A stretch of 64,000 bases of DNA from contig JANBVL010000003.1 of NCBI GenBank assembly GCA_024238995.1, positions 6,098-70,097 of the forward strand, in the 5' to 3' direction. Positions 10,215-18,266 of this stretch are shown here, piece by piece. Position 1 is the first letter of the stretch; every line of letters starts with the position of its first letter. The position numbers and the translations under genes were made by a program. This DNA comes from Patescibacteria group bacterium. Lineage in GTDB: Bacteria; Patescibacteriota; Minisyncoccia; Minisyncoccales; JANBVM01. The notes below the pieces were generated by a model. The model was not told the origin of the DNA. It worked only from the letters and a program-made list of their open reading frames with translations, and did no database searches.

Positions 10215-11383
10215 TTTCTTACCTTATAAGGAGAAATTTCTCTTAATTTATTAACAACGCCTGGCAAGACCTTTAAAACATAATCAATATCGCTCTTCTT
10301 TGTCCATCTGCCCAGAGTGAATCTCATAGATCCATGAATCTGATAAGGCTTTAATTTTATTGCAGTTAAAACATGGCTTGGCAAAAGTTTGTCAGAAGAG
10401 CAAGCTGAACCGGTTGACACAGCCACCCCCAGCATATCAAGCTGAATTAAAAGTGATTCGCCCTCAACAAATGAAAAAGAAAGATTAATATTATTAGGCA
10501 GTCTTTTTTTTGAATGACCATTAAGTTTTACATCTTTAATATTTTTTAATACTCCATTAATCAATTTTTCTCTTAAAATTATCTGTCTTTTTGATTCTTT
10601 TTTCATTTCCTTTTTGCAAAGCTCAACTGCTTTTGCGAAACCAACAATACCACTGACATTAACAGTTGCACTCCTTAAACCTGCTTCATGACCACCGCCA
10701 TGAAGTAAAGGATCTATCTTTGTCCCCTCTCTTACAAATAACAAACCAACCCCTTTAGGGCCATATAATTTATGAGCACTTGCGCTTAACAGGTCAATAT
10801 TCATTTTATCAACGTCAATAGGTATTTTCCCAAAAGCCTGAGTCGCATCAGTATGAAAATATACATCTTTGATTTTGCAAAGTTTTCCAATTTCTTCAAT
10901 CGGCTGAATTGTTCCTATTTCATTATTAGCATGCATTACTGAAACTAAAATTGTTTCTTTTTTAATCAAGTTTTCTATTTCTTTTAAATCAACCATGCCA
11001 TGCTTATCAGCCTTTAACCTGCTTATTTCAAACCCATTTTTCTCAAGCCAATTACTGGCTTCAATAATACAAGGATGTTCAACTGAAGAAATAATGATAT
11101 GATTTCTTTTAGCTTTATTTGCAAAAGCAATGCCCTTTAAAGCTAAATTATTACTTTCAGTAGCAGAGCTGGTGAAAATTATTTCATTGGACTTAGCGCC
11201 AATCAAACTGGCAATGCTTGCTCTTGACTCTTCTAAAGCTAACTTTGCCTCTTGGCCAAAGCTATGAAGAGACATTGTATTGCCAAACTTTTTATCAAAA
11301 TAAGGCATCATTGCTTTTATAACTTTTGAATCAGTTGGGGTAGTTGCCCCATAATCTAAATAAACTCGTTTATTTTTTACCAT
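10211..11383 (-). CDS. nifS: cysteine desulfurase (NifS/IscS class)
   Basis: 390 aa with PLP-lysine context SAHKLYGPKG and catalytic-loop GSACSS. Confidence 0.9.
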   Translation of the reverse strand: MVKNKRVYLDYGATTPTDSKVIKAMMPYFDKKFGNTMSLHSFGQEAKLALEESRASIASLIGAKSNEIIFTSSATESNNLALKGIAFANKAKRNHIIISSVEHPCIIEASNWLEKNGFEISRLKADKHGMVDLKEIENLIKKETILVSVMHANNEIGTIQPIEEIGKLCKIKDVYFHTDATQAFGKIPIDVDKMNIDLLSASAHKLYGPKGVGLLFVREGTKIDPLLHGGGHEAGLRSATVNVSGIVGFAKAVELCKKEMKKESKRQIILREKLINGVLKNIKDVKLNGHSKKRLPNNINLSFSFVEGESLLIQLDMLGVAVSTGSACSSDKLLPSHVLTAIKLKPYQIHGSMRFTLGRWTKKSDIDYVLKVLPGVVNKLREISPYKVRK

Positions 11384-11397
11384 AATTTTTAAAATTA

Positions 11398-11811
11398 TTA
11401 TTTAATTAAATCAGCTAATGTTATTGAATTTAAAGTAGAATTTAAAGAATCCTGAACTTTTTGCCAAACAGAAACAGTTCTACAAACCTTTTTCCTAGGA
11501 CACTTGTATTTATTTTCTTTTTCAACAACAAGACACTGAACAGGAGCTATTGTTCCTTCTAATATCTTAATAATCTCACCTACTTTAATTTTTCTAGGAT
11601 TACGAGCCAAACAATATCCTCCTTTAATACCTCTTTTTGATTTAACAAGCTTGTTCTTTTCCAGTTTTGAAATTATTTTCTCTAAATAATCAAAAGAAAT
11701 ACCTTCTTCTTTTGAAATCTCTCTTAATGAAAAAACCTTGTCTTTTTTAAAGACATCTGCCAAAAAAGCCATTGCTCTTAATCCATATTGTGTTTTTTTG
11801 GAAATTCTCAT
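11398..11811 (-). CDS. Rrf2-family transcriptional regulator (IscR-like)
   Basis: The ORF-track start at 11817 is TTG. ATG at 11811 gives the canonical MRISKKTQYGLRAMAFLA N-terminus. It heads the nifS-nifU-mnmA-thiI operon. Confidence 0.85.
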   Translation of the reverse strand: MRISKKTQYGLRAMAFLADVFKKDKVFSLREISKEEGISFDYLEKIISKLEKNKLVKSKRGIKGGYCLARNPRKIKVGEIIKILEGTIAPVQCLVVEKENKYKCPRKKVCRTVSVWQKVQDSLNSTLNSITLADLIK

Positions 11812-11826
11812 ATTCAATAAAACTAT

Positions 11827-11851
11827 AAAACCGACATTATTGGTCGGTTTT
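11827..11851 (-). terminator. intrinsic terminator after the ferredoxin gene
   Basis: The RNA reads AAAACCGAC-CAAUAAU-GUCGGUUUU followed by AUAGUUUUAUU. Confidence 0.55.
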
Positions 11852-11889
11852 AAGTATATCGTGAAATAAAACTATATGTCAATATTTAA

Positions 11890-12078
11890 CTATTCTTGTT
11901 TCTCAATTGCTTCGTAAGGGCAGATAGATTCCCCTCCGCATTTTTCTACTTCATCTGAGTCTTTAATCATGGACTTCCCATCTGTATCCCACTCTGCTCC
12001 TTTAGGGCAAACTGAGATACAAGCACCACAACTAATACATTTTTCTTTGTTTACTTTATAATCAGCCATATTATTCAC
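11890..12078 (-). CDS. 4Fe-4S ferredoxin
   Basis: 62 aa with CISCGACISVCP plus a second cysteine cluster, CGGESICP. Confidence 0.75.
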   Translation of the reverse strand: MNNMADYKVNKEKCISCGACISVCPKGAEWDTDGKSMIKDSDEVEKCGGESICPYEAIEKQE

Positions 12079-13264
12079 CTATAAACTTAACTTTAGATAT
12101 TTTAGATATTTCTAAGCTTAAAGCTCTTAGATGACCTTTATTTAAATTAAAAATATTATTTTCTCCACAAGCACCAGCAACCATTTTAATTTCTTCAGTA
12201 GAGTTTTTAATAAAATTAGCAACATTTGAAGCAGCTTGATCCACATCAAGTTTTCTTCTCAATTCTTTATCTTGAGTGGCTATTCCTTTAGGGCATTTAC
12301 CAAGATAACATAGCCCGCACTGAATACAACCCATAGCAATAAGCAAGGCACTTCCACAAAACACTTTGTCAGCCCCCAGCGCTAATGCTTTGGCAAAATC
12401 TGCTGGCTTGTTTAATCCCCCTCCAATCCAAAGCTCTTGTTTTGCATTTATTTTATCTAAAACTTCTCTTGCTTTGACTAATGCGGCTAAAGTTGGAATG
12501 CCCATATCATTTAAAACAGTGGTAGGCGCTGCCCCTGTTCCTCCTTCCATTCCATCAATCGCAATAATATCAGAATTAGTTTGAACTGCTAAAGGCAAAT
12601 CTTTCTCAATATCTCCTGCTGCAATTTTTATTATAATTGGAACTCCTCCTGTGATTTTTCTTAGTTTTTCAATTCTTTGCTTTAATTCTTTTATATCTTT
12701 TATATCCTGATGATATGCTGGCGAATGAATATCCTTTCCCATTTCTATTTTCCTAACTCTTGCAACTTCTTCTGTCACTTTATCAGCAGGAAGCAAGCCT
12801 CCCATTCCCCCTTTTGCTCCTTGTCCGATTTTAACTTCTATTACATCTGCTTTTTTTAATATTTCCTCACTAATCCCAAATCTTCCTGTTGAATATTGAA
12901 TTGTTAAATTACCTGCAAATTCTCTTTCTTCATTTAACATTCCTCCTTCTCCAGTATTTGCTATTGTCCCTGCTAATTTCGAGGCTTTTGCTAATACAAT
13001 CTTTGCTTCTTTACTTAAAGAACCAAAACTCATGGCACCAAAAACAATTGGCGTTTGAATTGTAACTGGTTTTTTGCTATTTTTTCCAACAACACTTTCA
13101 GTAGTTATTGTTTCTCTGTAATAATCAACGGGTCTTTTATTTAACTGAGCAGGAACAAAAACAAGGTCATCAAAACTAATTCTCCCTAGTTTGTTTGATC
13201 TCCCGCTTGAAACTGATACTTGTTTTGTTCTTTTTTGAATTTCTCTTACTAGATTTTGATCCAT
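12071..13264 (-). CDS. FMN-binding glutamate synthase family protein (GltB domain-2 only, archaeal-type)
   Basis: 397 aa with GEGGM, KIGQGAKGGMGGLLP and IDGMEGGTGAAP motifs, plus the Cys cluster CIQCGLCYLGKCP. Confidence 0.8.
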   Translation of the reverse strand: MDQNLVREIQKRTKQVSVSSGRSNKLGRISFDDLVFVPAQLNKRPVDYYRETITTESVVGKNSKKPVTIQTPIVFGAMSFGSLSKEAKIVLAKASKLAGTIANTGEGGMLNEEREFAGNLTIQYSTGRFGISEEILKKADVIEVKIGQGAKGGMGGLLPADKVTEEVARVRKIEMGKDIHSPAYHQDIKDIKELKQRIEKLRKITGGVPIIIKIAAGDIEKDLPLAVQTNSDIIAIDGMEGGTGAAPTTVLNDMGIPTLAALVKAREVLDKINAKQELWIGGGLNKPADFAKALALGADKVFCGSALLIAMGCIQCGLCYLGKCPKGIATQDKELRRKLDVDQAASNVANFIKNSTEEIKMVAGACGENNIFNLNKGHLRALSLEISKISKVKFIGE

Positions 13265-13267
13265 AGC

Positions 13268-14467
13268 TTATTTTTTTAAAATTTTACTCATTAATTTGAT
13301 TTGTTTGAATTTTTTAAGTTTTCCATTTTTGCAACTTTTTTCTGAAAATTTAATTTTTCTCTTTTTAGATTCCTGATGTTTGTAAATTAAAACAGGAATC
13401 AATTCAGTGCAGTGCTTTTTAGTTTCACAACAAGTTGAATGGTCTGCTGTTATGACAATTCTTATATCTTTAATATTTAACAAAGACTTAATGCTTTTGT
13501 CAATTCTTTCGATAAATTTCATTTTACCAAAACAATCTCCATTTTCTGACAAAATATCTGCTGTTTTTATATGACAAAAAATAAAATCGTATTTTTTAAT
13601 GTTTTTCTTGATGCTAGAAATTTTTCCAAAAAGATTTGTATCAACGTCACCTGTTGTTCTTTGTACATTAATCAAATCCATGCCTAAAATCTTTGCTATG
13701 CCCTTGTAAACATGACCTGCTGCGATACAGCCTGCTTTAAGCTTGTGTTTTTCATAAAAACTAGGTGTCTTCCTAAACTCTCCTGCTCCCCTTACTAAAA
13801 GATAATTAGCAGGTAGAAGTCCTTGTTTCTTTCTTTTTTTATTCAAAGGATGATTTTTTAAAATATCATGAGCTTGTTTTAAAAATTCATTTAAAACTTC
13901 TGCTGTAAATTTTGCTTTTTTAGATTTATTTAAAGCAATAATATTTTTAGCCTTTATCCCAATATTCTTATCAGTATCACCACCACCAATATTCGAAGAT
14001 AACCCCTTTCCTTTTAAAACTAAAACTGCTCTGTGGCCCAAAGATTCAGCTACTGAGAATTTAATTCCTTTAATCTTTATCCCAGAGATCGCTTTAATCA
14101 AAGCACCAGTATTGTTAATTCTACCTGCCCTTCTATCAAGAATCTTTAGGTTTTTATCTACCGTGGCAAAGTTTGCCCTTAAAGCTACATCTCCTTTCTT
14201 CATTTTTATATTCTCTCCAATTGCTTCATAAACACCCCTACCTAAGTAATAAGTTTTGGGGTCATAACCAAATAAAGCTAAGTGAGCAGTGTCTGAACGA
14301 GGATATTTTTGCCAGGGAAAATAAAACGGCTCAATAAGACCGCACACACCATTACTAGCTAAATAATCTAGATTTGGAGTTTTTGCTGATTCTAAAGGGG
14401 TTTTATTGTTAAATTTTTTAATAGGCTTATCTGATAAGCCATCAAGAATAATTAATACAGTTTTCAT
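13268..14467 (-). CDS. apgM: cofactor-independent phosphoglycerate mutase, archaeal-type (ApgM)
   Basis: 399 aa with N-terminal ILDGLSDKP, TPNLDYLA and C-terminal ITADHSTCC metalloenzyme motifs. It sits next to eno. Confidence 0.8.
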   Translation of the reverse strand: MKTVLIILDGLSDKPIKKFNNKTPLESAKTPNLDYLASNGVCGLIEPFYFPWQKYPRSDTAHLALFGYDPKTYYLGRGVYEAIGENIKMKKGDVALRANFATVDKNLKILDRRAGRINNTGALIKAISGIKIKGIKFSVAESLGHRAVLVLKGKGLSSNIGGGDTDKNIGIKAKNIIALNKSKKAKFTAEVLNEFLKQAHDILKNHPLNKKRKKQGLLPANYLLVRGAGEFRKTPSFYEKHKLKAGCIAAGHVYKGIAKILGMDLINVQRTTGDVDTNLFGKISSIKKNIKKYDFIFCHIKTADILSENGDCFGKMKFIERIDKSIKSLLNIKDIRIVITADHSTCCETKKHCTELIPVLIYKHQESKKRKIKFSEKSCKNGKLKKFKQIKLMSKILKK

Positions 14468-15714
14468 TTCTCTAGCTCCTGCTCAATTTTTAATAATCTA
14501 TTGTATTTTGCTATTCTTTCTCCTCTCGCCGGAGCACCAGCTTTAATAAAATCTGCACTAACACCAGTAGCGAAATCAGAAATAAAATCATCGTTGGTTT
14601 CTCCTGACCTATGAGAAACAACTGTTTTCCACTTGTATTGCTTTGCTAATTTTACTGCTTCTAAAGCTTCTGAAACTGTTCCGATCTGATTTATTTTTAT
14701 TACCGTAGAATTGACAGCATTTTTCTGCTTTGCTGTTTTCATTCTTTCAAGATTTGTCACTAATAAATCATCGCCAATTATTAAAATATTTTTTCCGAAC
14801 TTTTTATTAATATCTTGAAATCCCTGCCAATCATCTTCAGAAAAAGGATCTTCTAATCCTAAAATCTGATATTTTGAAATTAAATCTGAATAATATCTTA
14901 AAAACCCTTGTCTTGTGAAAACTCCTGCGCCCATTTTATATTTTCCATCTTCAAAGAATTGGGAAGCAGCGACATCTAAAACAATTTTTATTTTATAGTT
15001 CAGGTCTTTTGCTGCTTGAAAAATAAAATCTAATGCTTGTTCTGTAATTAAAAAAGGAGGAACAAAACCGCCTTCATCTCCTATATTAACCGCTAATTTG
15101 CCAAATCTTTTTAAAAGCGAGTTTCTAAGCTGATTATAAATTTCAAAAATAGTTTCTAGTTTTTGAGAAAATGAATCTTTATCTATAGCAACCATAAATT
15201 CCTGAACACTTAAGCTGCTCTTGGAATGCGCTCCGCCATTAATAATATTAAATAGAGGATCCGGTAATTTTGGTTCAACTTTTAATTCGTATGTTGTTTT
15301 TAAAATCTCATTTATATATTTAAAAAGCTTTAACTTCTTAGAACCTGCTCCTGCCCTACATACTGCTAAAGAAACTCCGCAAATCGCATTAACTCCCAAG
15401 CTGGATTTATCATTTGTTCCGTCAAGCTTAATCATTAAATCATCAATTTTCTTTTGTGAAGTAACATTCATTCCTTTAATTTTTGGACCAATAATCTTAT
15501 TCACATTTTCAACTGCCCCTGACACCCCTTTCCCAAAATATCTTTTTCCTCCATCTCTAAATTCAATTGCTTCGTGTTTTCCAACTGAAGCACCAGAAGG
15601 AACTGAAGCATAAAAAATCCCTAATTTTGTTTCCAGCATAACCTCAATAGTAGGATTGCCGCGGGAATCCAATATTTCTCTTGCCGTAATGTTTTTAATC
15701 TCAGAGTTTTTCAT
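14464..15714 (-). CDS. eno: enolase
   Basis: 416 aa with signature SHRSGETNDDFISDFA and N-terminal AREILDSRGNPTIEV. Confidence 0.93.
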   Translation of the reverse strand: MKNSEIKNITAREILDSRGNPTIEVMLETKLGIFYASVPSGASVGKHEAIEFRDGGKRYFGKGVSGAVENVNKIIGPKIKGMNVTSQKKIDDLMIKLDGTNDKSSLGVNAICGVSLAVCRAGAGSKKLKLFKYINEILKTTYELKVEPKLPDPLFNIINGGAHSKSSLSVQEFMVAIDKDSFSQKLETIFEIYNQLRNSLLKRFGKLAVNIGDEGGFVPPFLITEQALDFIFQAAKDLNYKIKIVLDVAASQFFEDGKYKMGAGVFTRQGFLRYYSDLISKYQILGLEDPFSEDDWQGFQDINKKFGKNILIIGDDLLVTNLERMKTAKQKNAVNSTVIKINQIGTVSEALEAVKLAKQYKWKTVVSHRSGETNDDFISDFATGVSADFIKAGAPARGERIAKYNRLLKIEQELEK

Positions 15715-15734
15715 ACCTTAATTCTAAACTAAAA

Positions 15735-15755
15735 CAACATTTTTTAAAAATGTTG
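15735..15755 (-). terminator. AT-rich hairpin terminator between trxB and eno
   Basis: The RNA reads CAACAUUU..AAAUGUUG (a near-perfect palindrome) followed by UUUUAGUUU. Confidence 0.4.
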
Positions 15756-15785
15756 ACGAAAAAGATGGAATGATCTCTATATTTT

Positions 15786-16709
15786 TTAATTATGTTTTTT
15801 TAAATAATCAAAAACAGCTAAAAATGTTTTTGCCCCTTCACCACAACTAGCAACAATTTGTTTGTACTTTCCTTCATTAACATCACCTGCAGCAAAAAGT
15901 CCTGGTGTTTTTGTTTCACAACTCTCTGGTTTAACTTTAATTTCATTTCTTTCATTAAAATCAACTAAGTCTTTAACAATTGAACCTGCTGGGACCAACC
16001 CTATTTCAACAAAAACTCCTTCAACCTTTAAGGTCTTTTCTTGCTTAGTAACTCTGTCTTCGTAAACTAAAGAGTGAACAAATTCACCGCCTTTAATCTC
16101 TTTTAATTGAGTATTGGTAATGATTTCAGTTTTTTTATTCTTCTTAACTATCTCTTGACTTTCTTGATCAGCTTTTGGCTCAGAGCCATACTCTAAGATA
16201 TATATTTTCCTGGCAATATTGCTCAAGAAAAGAGCTGTTTCAAACCCAGAATTCCCTCCTCCAACCACAGCTACATCTTTATTGGTAAATATTGCACCAT
16301 CGCAAACAGCGCAAAAACTAACTCCCTTTCCAATAAACTCTTCTTCTCCTGGAATATTTAAAGCTTTTGGACCAGCTCCTGTGGCAATAATAACAGTTTT
16401 TGCTTTAAATTTAATATTATCTTTTGTACAAATTAAAAAAACATCTCCTTGTTTTTCGACTTTCACTATCTCTTCCATTTTAATCTCAACCTGGTCTTTA
16501 AATTTTCTTAAATGATTTTCAAATTTTTTAATCAAATCTAAACCCGTGATTTCTTCAAATCCAGGATAATTCTCTATTGCTACAGCTTTTTTTGTAATCT
16601 GCCCTCCAAAGTTTTTAGTGACAAGAAGTGTTTTAACTTTTTGTCTTGCTGCGTAAATACCAGCCGTAATGCCAGCTGGCCCTCCGCCAATTATAATTAA
16701 ATCGTACAT
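15786..16709 (-). CDS. trxB: thioredoxin reductase
   Basis: The ORF-track start (16760) overlaps ftsZ. ATG at 16709 gives MYDLIIIGGGPAG. Redox-active CAVCDG and NADPH motif GGGNSG are present. Confidence 0.9.
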   Translation of the reverse strand: MYDLIIIGGGPAGITAGIYAARQKVKTLLVTKNFGGQITKKAVAIENYPGFEEITGLDLIKKFENHLRKFKDQVEIKMEEIVKVEKQGDVFLICTKDNIKFKAKTVIIATGAGPKALNIPGEEEFIGKGVSFCAVCDGAIFTNKDVAVVGGGNSGFETALFLSNIARKIYILEYGSEPKADQESQEIVKKNKKTEIITNTQLKEIKGGEFVHSLVYEDRVTKQEKTLKVEGVFVEIGLVPAGSIVKDLVDFNERNEIKVKPESCETKTPGLFAAGDVNEGKYKQIVASCGEGAKTFLAVFDYLKKHN

Positions 16710-16714
16710 AATTA

Positions 16715-18136
16715 TTAGTCTTGAGATGCTTTTCTTCTCAGGAAAGCAGGTGCTTCCCAAAGTTTTTCTTTAGAAACTATCTCAGCCTCTTCATTTTCTA
16801 TGTCTTTTTTAATTTGCAATGCATTTTTCCTTACCCTATTTGACGTTAACGAAGCTTGAGACGTTTTTTCTAAAATAGGAACTTCTGACTTCTCAACTTT
16901 AATTTTAATTTTTCTTTTCTTTCTAATTAGTTTAACCTTTTTAATATTTTGTTTTTGCACTATTTTGGGCTGAGCTTTTGGTTTAACTTCTGATTCAATT
17001 TTTGTAATTATATCTTTTCCGTTACAACCTGTTGCCAATAAACTTATTTTTATTTTTGAAGATTTACTTCCACGAGAAACTCCAAAGATAATTTTTGCTT
17101 CTTTGCTTACTAATTTAGCAATAGATTCAGAAATGTGATTTACCTGAAGCAGGGAAAGATCACTCTGTCCTGAAATATTAAATACAACTCCTTTAGCACC
17201 ATCAATACCATAAGGATAAATTGGATAATTAATTATCTTATCAAGCGCATCTTTATCGTCATCTTTTGAAAGTTCCATTGAGTTTAAATAAGTCAGTTTT
17301 CCTTTGCCATCAAAAATAGTTTTTAAATCAGCAAAATCAATATTAATTATCCCAGCTTTATATATTATTTCAATCAAACCTTGAATGCTGTTTGTTAAGT
17401 GCTTGTTTATTGCTGATAAGGCTTTTTTTAACGGCGCACTTTTATCAACAATATGGAAAATTCTTTCATTTGGAATAACAGAAAAAGCATTTAATTCTGT
17501 TTTCAATTTTTCCAAAGATTTTTTAGCAGTATCCATTTTTTTCTCGCCTTCAAATTTAAAGGGCAAAGTAAAAATACCGTAAGTCAAATTATTCAAGTTC
17601 TTTGAAACTCTTGCAAAAATTGGAGCAGCTCCAGAACCCAATCCTCCTCCTAAACAAGCAACTAAAATAACTAAATCCTGACCTTCTAACATTTCCTTAA
17701 TCTTATCTCTTTCTTGCTTGGCAATTTCCTCACCCATAATGGAATTTGTTCCTGTTCCTAAGCCATGAGTCAAGGCTTCACCAAGCTGCCATTTTTTAAC
17801 CTTTTTACCTAAAGAATTTAAAGCTTTAATATCTGAATTTGCTGCATAAAAAGTAGTTCCTTTAATTCTTTGAGCGATTTCGGAAACAATAGAACTACCA
17901 CCGCCGCCAATTCCAATCAATCTGATTTTTATCTTTTTTATTGACTCTTCACCTTTTTCAATCTTTGTCTTTTTAGGCCTTCCTCTTTTCCTAGGTCGCC
18001 CTCTTCCTTTAGACCCTCCTGTCTTTTTAGGCCTTCCTCTTTTCCTAGGTCGCCCTCTTCCTTTTCTTGAAATAGCTTTTTTACGATAAATTCTTGATTT
18101 TCTCCTTTTTCTTGTTGTTTTTTTTCTTTTAACCAT
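16715..18136 (-). CDS. ftsZ: cell division protein FtsZ with N-terminal AT-hook-like basic repeats
   Basis: 473 aa. The tubulin/FtsZ core is marked by GIGGGGSS and GGGLGSGAAP. The C-terminal peptide is WEAPAFLRRK. The first ~60 residues carry four GRP motifs (GRGRPRKRGRPKK, twice). Confidence 0.9.
   Translation of the reverse strand: MVKRKKTTRKRRKSRIYRKKAISRKGRGRPRKRGRPKKTGGSKGRGRPRKRGRPKKTKIEKGEESIKKIKIRLIGIGGGGSSIVSEIAQRIKGTTFYAANSDIKALNSLGKKVKKWQLGEALTHGLGTGTNSIMGEEIAKQERDKIKEMLEGQDLVILVACLGGGLGSGAAPIFARVSKNLNNLTYGIFTLPFKFEGEKKMDTAKKSLEKLKTELNAFSVIPNERIFHIVDKSAPLKKALSAINKHLTNSIQGLIEIIYKAGIINIDFADLKTIFDGKGKLTYLNSMELSKDDDKDALDKIINYPIYPYGIDGAKGVVFNISGQSDLSLLQVNHISESIAKLVSKEAKIIFGVSRGSKSSKIKISLLATGCNGKDIITKIESEVKPKAQPKIVQKQNIKKVKLIRKKRKIKIKVEKSEVPILEKTSQASLTSNRVRKNALQIKKDIENEEAEIVSKEKLWEAPAFLRRKASQD
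17967..18064 (-). repeat. in-frame 54-bp tandem duplication encoding the FtsZ AT-hook pair
   Basis: 44 nt are identical at 17967-18010 and 21-18064 offset by 54 bp (18021-18064), i.e. 18 aa per unit (KTGGSKGRGRPRKRGRPK). Confidence 0.9.
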
Positions 18137-18142
18137 TACTTA

Positions 18143-18171
18143 AGTATACGAATTTGACCAAAAACGGTCAA
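18143..18171 (-). promoter_or_regulatory. sigma70-type promoter of ftsZ-trxB, leaderless geometry
   Basis: On the minus strand: TTGACC (18171-18166), 17 bp, TATACT (18148-18143), 6 nt, then ATG (18136). The -35 lies in the palindrome TTGACC-N6-GGTCAA (18153-18171). Confidence 0.5.
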
Positions 18172-18198
18172 ACACCTTAAAGTTGCTGTAAAATAACT

Positions 18199-18226
18199 TT
18201 GTAATTTTTACATTTTTTTGTATAAT
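18199..18226 (+). promoter_or_regulatory. candidate promoter of the ABC exporter gene
   Basis: TTGTAA (18199-18204), 16 bp, TATAAT (18221-18226). The ATG lies 40 nt downstream. Confidence 0.4.
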
Positions 18227-18266
18227 ATATAAGTTTAACTTCTAAAAGAAACATTTTTTCTAATTT

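Noticed and set aside
15221-15613. Long antisense ORFs opposite real genes. Examples: 15221-15613 in eno, 27319-27708 and 27742-28041 in murJ, 59270-59677 in a radical SAM gene, 2895-3194 in acs, 7504-7809 in thiI, 44193-44432 in murB.
   Set aside because: Each lies fully inside a gene with strong family motifs on the other strand. Their products are low-complexity (F, L, S, K, I rich), as expected for shadow frames of AT-rich coding DNA.
18153-18171. TTGACC-N6-GGTCAA palindrome as a dedicated repressor operator for ftsZ.
   Set aside because: This is possible. However, one half is simply the -35 hexamer and the stem is short. I report it only as part of the promoter.
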